The notes under the pieces are model-generated. The model was given only the letters and a program-made list of their open reading frames with translations. It ran no database searches and had not been told where the DNA came from. A stretch of DNA of 63,940 bases, filler included, from Octopus bimaculoides (taxonomy: Eukaryota): assembly GCF_001194135.2 (NCBI RefSeq). It is 3 parts of 3 records of this genome, joined end to end, with 100 filler letters (N's around TTAATTAATTAA, not from the genome) between each part and the next. Parts side by side here need not be neighbours in the genome. Positions count along the whole stretch, not along the records: positions 1 to 25,872 come from NC_068996.1; 2 more parts are not named here. One strand, written 5' to 3'. Positions 1 to 12,678 of this stretch are shown here, piece by piece. A program made the position numbers and the translations under genes. Each line of letters begins with the position of its first letter. Within the stretch, counting starts at the first letter, position 1.

Positions 1-2
1 AT

Positions 3-168
3 AACATACAGAAAATTGCACTACTGGGTACTGCACACATTCTACGCAAAACACTTTCAATACAGTAAACATAAGAGCACCACAGCAAACCACAGCACAT
101 ACCCAAGGCGCACAGAGCTGCGCTCGGTAGTGAAGTGAAAGCACGTTATAAAAATAAAACTACTGAAC
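3..168 (+). mobile_element. 3' end of an R4/Dong-clade non-LTR retrotransposon (ORF C-terminus plus 3' UTR)
   Basis: 3..68 reads NIQKIALLGTAHILRKTLSIQ*, resembling the C-terminal QKxxLLGTAxILR motif of REL-endonuclease R4/Dong elements. A ~100-bp UTR then runs directly into (TAA)n. Confidence 0.75.
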
Positions 169-224
<56 letters not shown>

Positions 225-249
225 CAATAATAATAATAATAATAATAAA
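169..249. repeat. (AAT)n microsatellite, probable Dong target site
   Basis: Pure AAT run abutting the element 3' end. Confidence 0.95.
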
Positions 250-490
250 TGACTGCAGCAGCAGCAGCAAGTATGGAGCTTTTAGTGGCTTGTAGAGTGT
301 CTGCATGCATATGTGTGTGTGTGGAGGTGGGGGTGGGTCATGGTGCTCACCCCACCCTTCATGTACTGAATCTGCTAATTGCATGCTAAGAGTTGATTTA
401 ATAGGACAACAACCTCCTAAGTTACATATATTAAAGAAGAGCAAAGAGCAAGCAAAAGAAAGACAATAGCAACAACAATAGCAACAACAA

Positions 491-610
491 TGGTTTCAGG
501 TTCAGTCCCACTGCAAGGCACCTTAGACAAATGTCTTTTTCTTCAGCCTTAGGCCAACCAATAGCTTAGGAGGGGATTTAATAGACAGAAAATGAAGGCC
601 TGTTGAATAT
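491..610 (+). mobile_element. Degenerate 5' part of SINE family A
   Basis: ggttcagtcccactgcaaggcacc..aaatgtctt matches the head of the full copies at 19633 and 56068. Confidence 0.55.
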
Positions 611-611
611 A

Positions 612-919
612 TACAATGGGGTGCTAAAAAGTTCCTGGCTCTGGGTGAAAGGAAATAAACGTGGATCAGTTAATTATGATTTTATTCAAGATCCTGGCAC
701 AGCTATCTTGTTTGACCGTTCTGGTCAAGCTGTCCAACCCATGTCAGCATGGACATTGGACATTAAATGATGTTAGTGATATTCCCCTCTACGATTCACA
801 CACTTATTGCAGTGGTCCTTCTGTCTTTCTAAACCCTGTAAAAGAACTCAGAAGGTTGAGCCTTCAACCAGGCCTTTCACGATACCCTTAAAGCCAGGAA
901 TTTTTCAGCACTCCTTGTA
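612..919. mobile_element. Mariner-type MITE with ~28-bp TIRs and TA ends
   Basis: Left TACAATGGGGTGCTAAAAAGTTCCTGGCT (612-640). Right AGCCAGGAATTTTTCAGCACTCCTTGTA (892-919) is its near reverse complement. Confidence 0.75.
690..778 (+). mobile_element. Short RTE-LINE-type 3' tail nested in the MITE
   Basis: ccaacccatgtcagcatggacattggacattaaatgatg matches the tails at 1450-1480, 3187-3249 (minus) and, at its very end, 9500-9530. Confidence 0.6.
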
Positions 920-999
920 TATCCATGTGTGTTTGTTTGTTTGTTTGTGTCTCCTTCACTTGATATCACATGATGACTGGTACTCTGTCATTTACGATG

Positions 1000-1285
1000 A
1001 TGTGTGTTCTAGTTGATCCAATCAATGGAACAGCCTGCTTGTGAAATTAACATACAGGTGGCTGAGCACTCCACAGACACATGAATGCTTAACATGCTCA
1101 GAGAGATTCAGCATGACAAGGCTTGCTCTTTGAAATAGAGGCACAACTCATTTTTGCCAGCTGAGTGGACTGGGGCGATATGAAATAAAGTGTCTTGCTC
1201 AAGGACACAGCTCACTGCCAGGAATTGAACTCATCTTCTTATGATCGTGAGTTGAATACCCTAACCACCTAGCCACATGCTTTCC
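1000..1285 (-). mobile_element. SINE family C (tRNA-like head, TGTGTCCTTGAGCAAGACACT core)
   Basis: Homologous to 59146-59477 and, in its 3' part, to 15505-15750. The minus strand has A-box and B-box-like GTGGTTAGGG and GAGTTCAATTCC. Confidence 0.7.
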
Positions 1286-1329
1286 CTATCACATGATAGT
1301 TGCATTGCCTTCACAATGTGGTGTTATTT

Positions 1330-1490
1330 GTTTCCAGCCTTCCATAGAAACATGTTTTGCCATGGGAAAATATTACCTTGTTTGGAAACATGTGTAGGTG
1401 ACAGAAAGGACATCCGACTATAGAAAATTTGCCTCAACAAATTCTGTTCAACCCATGCAAGCATGGAAAAGTGGATGTTAAAATACCATT
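1330..1490 (+). mobile_element. SINE/LINE 3' segment carrying the RTE-like tail
   Basis: aggacatccgactatagaaaat...cccatgcaagcatggaaaagtggatgttaaa. Confidence 0.55.
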
Positions 1491-1854
1491 ACCATCACTG
1501 CCATCAACAATGACAACAATGATGGCTGTTGTCCCTAAATGGGTAATATTTTTCAGAACACAACATATTGCTAACCCATAGTTCTTAGATGTAAACACAG
1601 CTGCAAAACAGTGTAACCAACGTTGTCAAATAAGCAATGTAATGCAATGGTACCATTCATTATTTTTTCAGCCAAAGTAATCAGGAAAACAAGTACAAAA
1701 AAAAAAAATTTCATAAAAATTAACTTACAATCTCACTTGGAAGGGTAGCTGATATTAGTTCTCAGAGAACACTTGCAGAAAATGTAGTTTAGATTTTAAA
1801 TTTTTCATCATTTTGTTTAAAAAGGCTTCCCAGTAAAAAAGAAATAGTAGCTTC

Positions 1855-2040
1855 ATCATTCTTTTAACATCTGTCTTTCATGCTCAGATTGGCAGGACAA
1901 TTTAAGAGAGTCTGACTGACCAGAAGACTGCATTGTGCTCCAATGTCTACTTTGGCATGGTTTCTATAGCTGGATGTCCTTCCTAATACCAAGTACTTTA
2001 CAGAGTGTACTGGGTGCTTTTTTTCATGATACCAACATTA
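1855..2040 (-). mobile_element. RTE-LINE 3' UTR fragment
   Basis: Reverse complement resembles 9420-9530 (aagggcatccagctgtagaaacc...). Confidence 0.55.
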
Positions 2041-2689
2041 GTGAAATCCCTATGTAGCTCACAAGACAAAGATCCCTTTTGACTGAGTGCAAATCCAGTA
2101 GAAAGGGAGACAGCTTTATGTGAGGTGACATGAGATTAAAGCATGAACGAAGGAACCAGAAAAGGTTTCTTGCCAAAGAGGAGATACATAGATATGAAAA
2201 GAGTTGAGACAAATATTGCAGAGTACAGGATGACCATCAAATCTGGATACATAGGAAATGTCACTAGCTTTCTTGTTTTATACTTCCACGGATTGAATAT
2301 GAATTTGTCTAAAGAAGAAACAATTGAATTGGTACGTGGTGGGAATCATGCTAAAAATGTTATTCATTAATGTAATTGAATAAAATCATTGAAAAATATA
2401 CAGTTTCACCTATGTGTCCTGACTTTACGGTCATCCTGTATTTTGTCCAGTGTTCTAATCATACCTTCAGTATGCCAATTACATTTACAATTATGGTCAT
2501 AACACCAATAATTGTTGAGTAAACACATCAACCCAAACATCCTACTAAGTAAACACTGTCCTGTAGTAGTTCTGGCTGTTTTACTTTTATTCATTCTTCT
2601 TTGTTGATCTACTTTTATTGAAGTAATATTTGTCACAGTAATCATATATCAATACTGAACCATTATTTTAATTAAATAACTAATGCAGT

Positions 2690-3176
2690 TTAACCGTTTA
2701 GCATTCAGATTACTCTATCAAAGGTAATGCTTATTTATTCACATTGTTTTGAATTAATCGTGCATTATTTCATAGCTTTGACATTTCAATGATGTGATTA
2801 GTTATTTTAAGAGTGACATTGTAGGCGAGGTGTGAGAGGCCAAATGTAGCCAGTTTCAACATAAAGCAGGCAGAATATTTGGGCCAGATATGGCAGGTTT
2901 AAATACATTTTCTTAATGGTCATTGACAGTTAAATCTGGATGAGTTGTTTTAACCCTGATTCTGATTATTTTTCTATCAAATCTAAAGTTTATTTATTCA
3001 CATTGTTTTGAATTAATCAGGCATTATCTCATAGCTTTGACATTTCAATGATGTGACTGTTTATTTTTAGAATGACATTGTACAGTAGCTGTAAGAAGCC
3101 AGATCTGACTAGTTGAAACATAAAACAGGTGGAATATTTGCACCAGATATGTCAATTTTAAATGCTAAATGGTTAA
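2690..3176. mobile_element. Two adjacent copies of a ~225-bp TTAA-bounded (piggyBac-like) MITE
   Basis: 2690-2915 and 2950-3176 share ttatttattcacattgttttgaattaatc..catagctttgacatttcaatgatgtga. The outer ends TTAACCGTTTAGCATT and AATGCTAAATGGTTAA are inverted repeats. Confidence 0.65.
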
Positions 3177-5362
3177 AGTTATATGTTGTCATCATCGTCA
3201 TCATCATCATCATTTAATGTCTGTTTTCCATGCTGGCATGGGTTGAACAATAGGGTGGAGCAAAAAAAGGTACTTTTTACACAGATTTTTGAAATATGTT
3301 TTTAAGAAAACATTTTTTATTACGAAATTATTTAGCAACAATTGTGTTAAAATCTAAAGTTCTTAAATTGACATCTTTAGGTTCCACAGCCCACTTGAAA
3401 TTTTGAATAATGAGGAAAAGATCAATTTATAACACGTATGTTTTTCCTCATTTTATTTTTTAAATTCCTTGTTATGAATCAATTTTCTTTTGCAAAATTT
3501 TTTAAAAACAAGACTGTTAAAATCTCAAGCTCTAAAATTTATATTTTCAGGCCCCGCAATGCACTTGAAATTTAGAAATTGTGTGAAATAATAAGACTTT
3601 TTGGCTATGTTTTCTTTATTATTTTTAATACTAAGTCACCAAATATATGTATAATGGAATTGAAGGTTTATGATACCTGTGGAGTATCTCCTCCCATTAT
3701 AATTGTTTTGTAGTTTCAAGGAACTGGAACGGGTCGCCGATTTGTGACGTCTGTGTGAAGCGAGGTGATGAGAATGGCTCCTTAGTACATCATATGGTCG
3801 ATACAATAAATATAAATAGAAAAATGCATGTATGTCCCAGAGGGAAATAAGAGACACAACCAGGTAGAATGTTTAAGAGAAAATTTATTGATATGTTAAC
3901 TTGTGTGATTGTGTGTGCGTCATATATACAGAATAATAGACAGGCCGTCATAAGAATAAGATGTATGCGTGTGTATGTAGGCATAGATGTATGCACGTTA
4001 AGAACATACAAGGATGGCGATGAAGAAGAGACAGTGAAAGAGTCTATAGCCATCAAAGTGAGGAGTAAGTTTATAGGTACAAGAATGATAAATGATAAAT
4101 AAGTTCGTAGTCAATTGTACACGATAGTTGAAATACTGTATCAAGAAAATGCTGCGATGATGCAGAGCCGGAGCGGTACATGTCATAAGAAGTTGTGGCT
4201 GTAATGCTGCTGCCTGAGTAACTTGGTACAGAAGTTCTTGCAGATTGTATATTCACTGTTGATCCAAGGTGAAGTAATTCACGAACAGTGCAGTATTGTA
4301 ACCAGTGCGAGTACGCAGAGAGATGTTGATGTTGGGACAGATGATGGCGACGGAGACGGAGGTCGCCGAATGCTGTTGGACGAAGTTTGTGAGTCTCCAG
4401 GTGGCTGCTGTTGTGTTGTCGCTGGAACTGGCTGTGTCTTGTGTGGTCAGTGGCTAGACCTTAAAAGGTCTGGAACCGAAAGACTTTGAGATGAGGAGAG
4501 GCTGGAGTATTAAAAGAATGTGTAGGCTCAAAGCTGGGTAGAAAACAGACTGTCACATGTGACCTTATTTGAAGGCTGTGGGTTGTGGGTTGCAAATTGG
4601 CGCATGATAGAGCAAGAGACAAATTGCACCAATACCAACCAATGAGATTAGGGGATACAACAGAGTCCAAAATGCGGCCAGAGGCTAGCTGTTATCTACT
4701 ACATTCATATGTATATATATATAATAGAGAGGAGAGGAAATAAATTAAACAAATTGCCAAGATTGTAGCAGAAAAATAATTCTTCTTTGGCAAAAGGCAT
4801 CCATCCCTTGACAATTTGTTTAATTGAAAGATCTTTCTTAACTACATTCTTTTCTTTTTCTCATTCAAATAAAACACATTTTGGTACATCCTTTTAAGTT
4901 GGCAAAACTCGCTCCCTAAGATCACATGGAGTACCAAATACTGGGCATTGAATATTACAAGTCATCACTAAATGTAAACAACACTAAATTTAACACGGTC
5001 ATTAATTTTAATACAATAGCCTAAAATCAAGGTACAAAGCAGAAAACTTCATACACGTACGACATACGTCCACACACAGTGTCCATTACAGCAGCACTGG
5101 AGAGAAGTACACACTCCCGTTCTATTTATAGTCAATGGGGAACCTCAAGATATTAGTCAATTATATTGAAACTTGGTATGCAACTTCTTAAGGATACTAC
5201 ATTTACTGTTTTACATTCAGCTATGTAGAAATATGTATTCATTATGACTTATAATCCAAAATTCAACCCAAAATAGTGATTTTTAAAATTTTCAATTGCG
5301 TCGCGGAGCCTGAAAGAGATATTTAACCACACAGTTCTTTATACACCTTTCTTTAGACTAAC

Positions 5363-5640
5363 AACAAGATTATTAACTCCCACTTTGATGGGTACGTGTT
5401 TGCAATCCAGGAACAGGAAATATCAACCAAATACATGATGCACAAAAGGGACAGAGATGCAGGTAAAGCAGCAAAATGTGATAACTGATGCAATCTTTGT
5501 GGACTTATCACTGAAGATATCACCCGCATCATAAGCAGTTGTCTGAAAATGTCATCATGGTATAATCTACCGATGAAACATGATGTTGTAGCTAGGACAC
5601 TCTACAATGAAATCTGTCAGAACAAAACTGAATAATGACA
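5363..5640 (+). mobile_element. Internally deleted R4-clade non-LTR fragment (zinc-knuckle region joined to the 3' terminus)
   Basis: Reads NSHFDGYVFAIQEQEISTKY...CNLCGLITEDITRIISSC..HDVVA, then jumps to aaactgaataatgaca, the same 3' end as 7097-7112, followed by CATA repeats. Confidence 0.75.
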
Positions 5641-6006
5641 TACATACACACATGATGGCAGCAAATTCATGTTTGAGTATTGTCATCGCCTGATTGAAAG
5701 TCCTTCACATGTGAAGGCTACAACCAGCCATTTTTGTGCTATGCCATACTTTTTTTTCAAGCGGTGCCTGTGCATGGTGGTTTTTTATAGAGGGGAAAGG
5801 ATTTGCACAGATCCAATCTCACTCTCTGAACATGGACAACATAAACTCGAAAAGAAGAACTAGTCTACATCATTGAATATTGTCAGTGTCGCAGATTTTC
5901 TCTCAGAGTTTCCTTCTCCAAGAGAGATGTGACAACAACAGAGGAGCCCTCCCACTCCCAGTGGGTCAACCGCACACCTGGACACCAAGTATTTCCTCAT
6001 TCCCCT

Positions 6007-6452
6007 GCATACATACATACATACATACATACATAGACATGTACACATATTGTTTGATGGCCGTTGACTACTCATGAGCTCTTCTGCCCTTTGACAGGTT
6101 TTATTTTTTGTTGTGCAGGATGTCCAACAATCACCCTCCTTACCAAGCAAGCTTGATGGGGTTGCCAGTTTACTCGCTGACAACCTGACCATGCAACAAG
6201 TTGTACTGGGTTACTTGTTACCAGTAGCACCTGAAAGTGACTTGAGATACCTACATGCATACATACATACATACATACATACACACATACATCCATACAA
6301 ACATACATACATACACACATACATACATACATACACACATACATACACACATACATACACACATACATACACACATACATACACACATACATACATACAT
6401 ACATACATACATACATACATACATACATACACACATACATACATACATACAT
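6007..6452. repeat. (CATA)n/(CATACA)n microsatellite tracts
   Basis: Tracts at 6007-6035 and 6250-6452. They are the source of the spurious MYVC/HTYI ORFs. Confidence 0.9.
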
Positions 6453-6966
6453 AAGAACTCACAATATGGTAGAAGCCATAGCCAGTCACAATAAAAAGGA
6501 ATACTGGTGGAATGTACCAGTGAAGACTTCAATAAAATGTAAGCCCAACAGACCTGATATAATGATTTGGGATAGAGAAGAGGAATTGTTTATAGTTGCA
6601 GAAATTAGCTGCCCAGCAGATGTTAACATAAAGCTGAAGATCAGTGAAAAAGAGAACACCTATGTGGAACTATTGAGAAATTTGCAGTTACTCTACCCAG
6701 ATTACAAGTTCAGGTTTATACCTGTAATTATTGGGGCCCTGGGATATGTAACACACTGCCTAAATACCAATCAGAAAGGAGAAAGTTAATTCAAAGATTA
6801 CAGATCCAATCCATCACTGGGACTGTAAAAATCTGTAAAAACTTTCCAGAAGTTTATCATTTAAATACATATGAGCATGTCTAGATATGCAACTATATGC
6901 ATGAGAATACATACATAAAACATACAAATCTGCACATACATACATACATGATGGCTGATACATACA

Positions 6967-6999
<33 letters not shown>

Positions 7000-7112
7000 T
7001 AAAAATACGCTGTTGTTGATATTGATATTCCAATGAAGGAGCCTTGAACCTAGGTTAGAAACTGGTTCTTTCTCTATTGGCAAGAAATTTTGAAATAAAC
7101 TGAATAATGACA
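6453..7112 (+). mobile_element. 5'-truncated R4-clade retrotransposon: REL endonuclease and 3' UTR
   Basis: EYWWNVPVKTSIKCKPNRPDIMIWD..AEISCP..KENTY..FIPVIIGALG, then after a short deletion KLIQRLQIQSITGTVKICKTFQKFII*. Flanked by (CATA)n on both sides. Confidence 0.85.
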
Positions 7113-7176
7113 AACATGCATACATACATACATACATACATACATGCATGCATACATACATACATACATACATACA

Positions 7177-7241
<65 letters not shown>

Positions 7242-7394
7242 TGGAAAATAAGACAAACACCAGTGTAAATATTTAAATACTTGGATAAGTAAATAGTTGT
7301 TTGAAAGTCATCACTGGATGCTATGAGTGTGTTTGGATGCTAAACCGCAATGAGTTCTTTGGAGAAACTTTATTGCATTCTGTTACATAGATTC

Positions 7395-8284
<890 letters not shown>

Positions 8285-8294
8285 NNNNNNNNNN

Positions 8295-9530
8295 ATTAAC
8301 TGGGAAGATAATTTTTGTGTGTGGCAGCAGATGCACTGGGGCAATAAACACTGAAGATGTACAGAAAACAGATTCCATTACATGCCAGGGAGAAAAACTA
8401 GAAGTAGTTGATAGCTCCGTTACCTAGGTGACCAAGTCAGTAGTTGGGAAGGATGCTCTGAGAGAGAAGCTGCCAGAATAAGAATAGTCTGGGCAAATTT
8501 CAGAGAGTTTAAATTTCAGAGAGCTCCTAACTCTGCTAGTAATAAAGGGTCTCTCACTCAGAGTGGAAGGATGACGTATGGTGCATGTGTGTGAACAGCC
8601 ATGCTACATGGCAGTGAAGCATGGGCTGTGACTGCAGAGGACATGCATAGGCTTGAAAGAAATGGAGCTTGTATGCTCCACTGGATATGTAATGTCGAGA
8701 GAAAAGTTGGACATAAGAAGCATCAGATATGGAATGCAAGAGAGATGACTGTGCTGTTATAGTCATGTGTTGCATATGGACGAGGACAGCTGTGTGAAGA
8801 AGTGTTACACCCTAACAGTGGAGGGAACCTGTGGAAAAGGTAAACCCAGGAAGACATGAGATGAGGTGGTCAAGCACAGCCATTGAACATTGGGCCTCAC
8901 AGAGGCAATGACAAGCGACCGAAGCCTTTGAAGATATGCTGTGCTTCAGAAGACCCAAGCAAGCCAAGTGAGGTCATAGCCATGGCCAATGCTGGTGTAA
9001 CATAACTGGCCCATTTAAAAGTACCCTTCAATTGTCAGGCAATATGCTGTGCTTGAGAAGACCTGTCAGCCAAGTGAAATCGTTGTTGTTACTGATGCCA
9101 GTGCCGCTTGGTTTTTACATGCTGGTGGCATGTTAAAAGCACCATTCAAGCATGGCCAATGTCAATGTCACCTGACTGGCATGTAAAATGCACCATTCAA
9201 GTGTGATTGTGCTGGTGGGACATAAATAGCATCATTCGAGCATGGTAGGTGCTAGTCTGTCTGACTGGCTCCCGTGTCAGTGGCATGTAAAAAGTACCAT
9301 TCGAGTGTGGTTGATGCCAGTACTATCTGACTGGCACTTGTGCTGGTGGCAAGTAAAAAGCACCATTCAAGCGTGGTCAATGCAGACTGACTGACTCCCA
9401 TGCTGGTGGCATGTAAAAAGCACCCACTACACTCTTAGAGTGGTTGGTGTGAGGAAGGGCATCCAGCTGTAGAAACCTTGGCAGATCAGTTTGGAAAGCA
9501 GACATTAAATGATGATGATGATGATGGTGA
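8295..9530 (+). mobile_element. 3' part of an RTE-clade LINE (PHD-bearing family), decayed, with repetitive 3' UTR and (GAT)n tail
   Basis: Across frameshifts: FVCG..EKLEVVDS.RYLGDQV..ARIRIVWA.FRELL..MLHGSEAWAV..EDSCVKKC..GKPRKT. About six ~60-bp subrepeats (gctggtggcatgtaaaaagcaccattc) lie at 9120-9430. Confidence 0.85.
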
Positions 9531-9551
9531 TATATGTGTATATATATAGAT

Positions 9552-9589
<38 letters not shown>

Positions 9590-9590
<1 letters not shown>

Positions 9591-9830
9591 CATATTTGAA
9601 AATGTCTCTAAATGTGTTAACATATTGGATGTAACATTAAATTTGGATAAAGGCTTACTCTACTCCTATCATAAGCCTAGTAAAACTATTAAGTATATCC
9701 ACGCCTTATCAAATCATCCTCATAGTGTCATTAATGGAATAATCAAAGGCGACCCCTTTATGATACAGCACTAAAAGACAGCAGTTTTAACAGTAAAATA
9801 TACTATATTAAAAACACGATATTTAGAAAA
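9590..9830 (+). mobile_element. Penelope-like element RT thumb fragment
   Basis: KCVNILDVTLNLDKGLLYSYHKPSKTIKYIHALSNHPHSVINGI fits the PLE FLD..Y.KP....YIH..SNHP pattern. Confidence 0.7.
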
Positions 9831-10201
9831 ACATTAGGCAAACAGTTTCCAAATATTACGAATTCTAACATTAACTCACATCCTATAAATAATTCCACCG
9901 AATGTAGAAATCAACAACACTTTAGAAGACTCTATAGATTTTTCAAATGTAGCAATAACAATACAGGGCAGAAAAGGAACTATTCTGGGAGGAAACGGGA
10001 AATTGTATGGTTTACACTCCCTTTCTCCCTCCAGTTAAACCTCCCTAAGTTATTTTTTAGCGTTATCAATAGGAACTTCCCATCTGCAAAATATTAATCT
10101 TTATCATCTTAATCCAAAGGCAAAGAAAAAAAACCAAAGAGACTATCTCTTTGTAGACAGTTGCAATGGGAGGAGTTGAATTTGATAAGAATTGAAAAAC
10201 A

Positions 10202-10787
10202 AGTAACAACAAATGGGTTGTACCTGGCAATAAAACTCTTTCGAGAGCATTCAAATGTCACTGCAACCTTGAAATCATTGCCTCAGTGAGGTCAGTTAAG
10301 TATTTCATCAAGTACACACTGAAAGGAAATGACAAATCTGCTGTTCAAATAAACAATGATAATGAAATTAGTCAGTTTCTAATGGGGAGGTATATTGGAC
10401 CATCTGGAGCAGTTGCATCCATTTTAGGATTTTCAGTTCATGAAAGAATACCTGCAATAGTGAGACTGGAAGTTCATCTGCCAGACGAACAAAGAATATT
10501 GCTCAGAAATAACGAGGATATGGCTGTCAATGAGCAACATATGAGAACAACATTGAAAGAATTCTTTTCATTGTGCATCAATGATGACTTTGCAAAAACA
10601 TTACTTTATACTGAAGTTCCCATGTATTTCACTTGGAACAATAGTAACAAAGAATGGCAAAGAAGAAAGCAAGGAAAATAAGTTGAAGGCCATTTGAACG
10701 TTTTCATAGAAGAAACGCTTGGTCATGTTTATGCTGTCACACCAAAGACAGGAGAACTATTATTTAAGAATTTTATTGCATGAAGTT
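10202..10787 (+). mobile_element. Helitron Rep/helicase fragment
   Basis: NNKWVVPGNKTLSRAFKCHCNLEIIASVRSVKYFIKYTLKGND..GRYIGPSGAV..ILGFSVHERIPAIVRLEVHL..FAKTLLYTEVPMYFTWN..RRKQG, then one stop and LGHVYAVTP..YLRILL. Confidence 0.9.
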
Positions 10788-11129
10788 TGGAATAGTATTT
10801 TTTCCTTTGCTGCCACACATCAACATTTTCAACTTAGGGTGGTTGTGACCCAATGAGTCACAGGTATGTATATATANNNNNNNNNNNNNNNNNNTATATA
10901 CACACACATATATATATAATATATACATATATAAATGGATGAGTGAATTTTCTTTTGTTTACAGTTAACACGGAAAATTCAATTAACAGTACCAGGGTAG
11001 CAAAATTCACGCAAGTAACAAGGATGTAGCAACCTGTTCAAAGGCAGAAACTCTGAGTTAATGTACAGTAGTTTGTATAGTATAAGTAAATAAATGGAGT
11101 TAAATGCAGGTGTCATTTAAATTCTTTTA

Positions 11130-11215
11130 CTTCCGACATATGTTTCGAAGACAATATTGGTATTATTCCAAACGAATAAACGGTGTAAAATAATGTAATC
11201 TTCTTATCAGGAAAA
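11130..11215 (-). ncRNA. Type I hammerhead-ribozyme fold with long loop II (G8A, probably inactive)
   Basis: Minus strand: UUUUC-CUGAUAA-GAAGA-(~47 nt)-UCUUC-GAAAC-AUAU-GUC-GGAAG. Confidence 0.6.
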
Positions 11216-11356
11216 GAAAGAGAATCAAACTCAACAATAAGACATTTTAACAAATTTCTAAGCGTCTTAATGTGTTTTCATGTAATTATTCTTTTTCATT
11301 CCAGGGGCCATTGTATTAAACATTTGTGAAGAGTAACCAGGCCACACACAAAAAAT

Positions 11357-12678
11357 TCAGCAGAACTGTCAGATTTTCAAAGAAGTCATATTGTTGGGAA
11401 ATCTGAGGCTGGTCTTAGCCAGCGAAAAATTGCCAAAAATCTTCAAATTCCTCTTGCTAATGTTAATAGAATTATAGTGCAATTCAAAAGCCAAGGAAAA
11501 GAATCAATATATTCTTGTCCTGGCTGACCTAGGCCCTTGGAAAGGAAGCTTCACTGTTTGAAAAGAATTGTGGAAGACGAACCCCGTTTGAAGGCTTCTG
11601 ACATTGCAAAACAGCTAGAAGCTAGTCCAAGAATGTGTATTACATATCTGCATAAGCTTGGGTATTATGGATGAGCAGCTAGAAGAAAACCTCTCCTTCA
11701 ACCAATTAATATCATAAAAAGAAAGAAATGGACTAAGGAGATGTCAGAAAAATCCCGTTCATTTTGGGATAGAGTGATTTTCTCAGATGAATCCAGATTT
11801 GCATTATTTTCAGACAGTGGATGTGTTTGGGTCTGGAGGCTTCCCAATCAAGAATTTGATTTGAAATGACTCCAACCAACTGTGAAACATGGCAGTATCT
11901 CTGTAATGGTATAGGGAGCTGTCTCCAGCAATGGTCGTTCTGAGCTGATCGAATGTGTTGGAACCATAAATTCTGAAAAATACATCGAAATATTTAAGCA
12001 AGGACTACTTCTGATATATTCACGCAATAACATAATGAAAAATGAGTTTTTATCCATGGAAGATGGGGCTCCATGCCACACAGTGAAAAGGAATCAACAA
12101 TGGCTGACTGAAAATGGGATCAAAAAGCTTCCTTGGCCGAGCCNNNNNNNNNNGAAAAGGAATCAACAATGGCTGACTGAAAATGGGATCAAAAAGCTTC
12201 CTTGGCCGAGCCAATCTCCTGACATGAACCCAATTGAAAATCTTTGGAGCATACCAGATAGAGCTATACAAAAAACTCAACAGAAACCTAAATCTTAAGG
12301 CAGCGAGCTGGCAGAATCATTAGCACACCAGGCAAAATGCTTAGCAGTATTTCGTCTGCCGTTACGTTCTGAGTTCAAATTCCGCCGAGGTTGACTTTGC
12401 CTTTCATCCTTTCGGGGTCGATAAATTAAGTACCAGTTACGCACTGGAGTCGATGTAATCGACTTAGCCCCTTTGTCTGTCCTTGTTTGTCCCCTCTATG
12501 TTTAGCCCCTTGCGGGCAATAAAGAAATAAGAAACCTAAATCTTAAGATGAATTGTTTTGATTGTTGAGTGAAAAGTGGGCAGAAATTCCACAAGAGACA
12601 ATCACAAAGCTCATCAGTTCAATGCCAAAAAGAGTTTCTGAATTAAACACTGCAAAGGGAATGTCAACTAAATACTAA
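11357..12678 (+). pseudogene. Tc1-family DD34E transposase pseudogene interrupted by a SINE
   Basis: HTH region ([11 protein letters not shown]), [22 protein letters not shown]-(34 aa spacing)[11 protein letters not shown], C-terminal SMPKRV..AKGMSTKY*. Six in-frame stops. No left TIR found. Confidence 0.95.
12300..12529 (+). mobile_element. Full-length SINE family B with an 18-bp target-site duplication
   Basis: TSD AGAAACCTAAATCTTAAG at 12282-12299 and 12530-12547. tRNA-like head GGCAGCGAGCTGGCAGAATC..GAGTTCAAATTCCGCC. Confidence 0.9.

Noticed and set aside
3251-3640. AT-rich block with a ~170-bp internal direct repeat starting TAGGGTGG
   Set aside because: Probably DNA-transposon subterminal repeats, but no matching second terminus was found.
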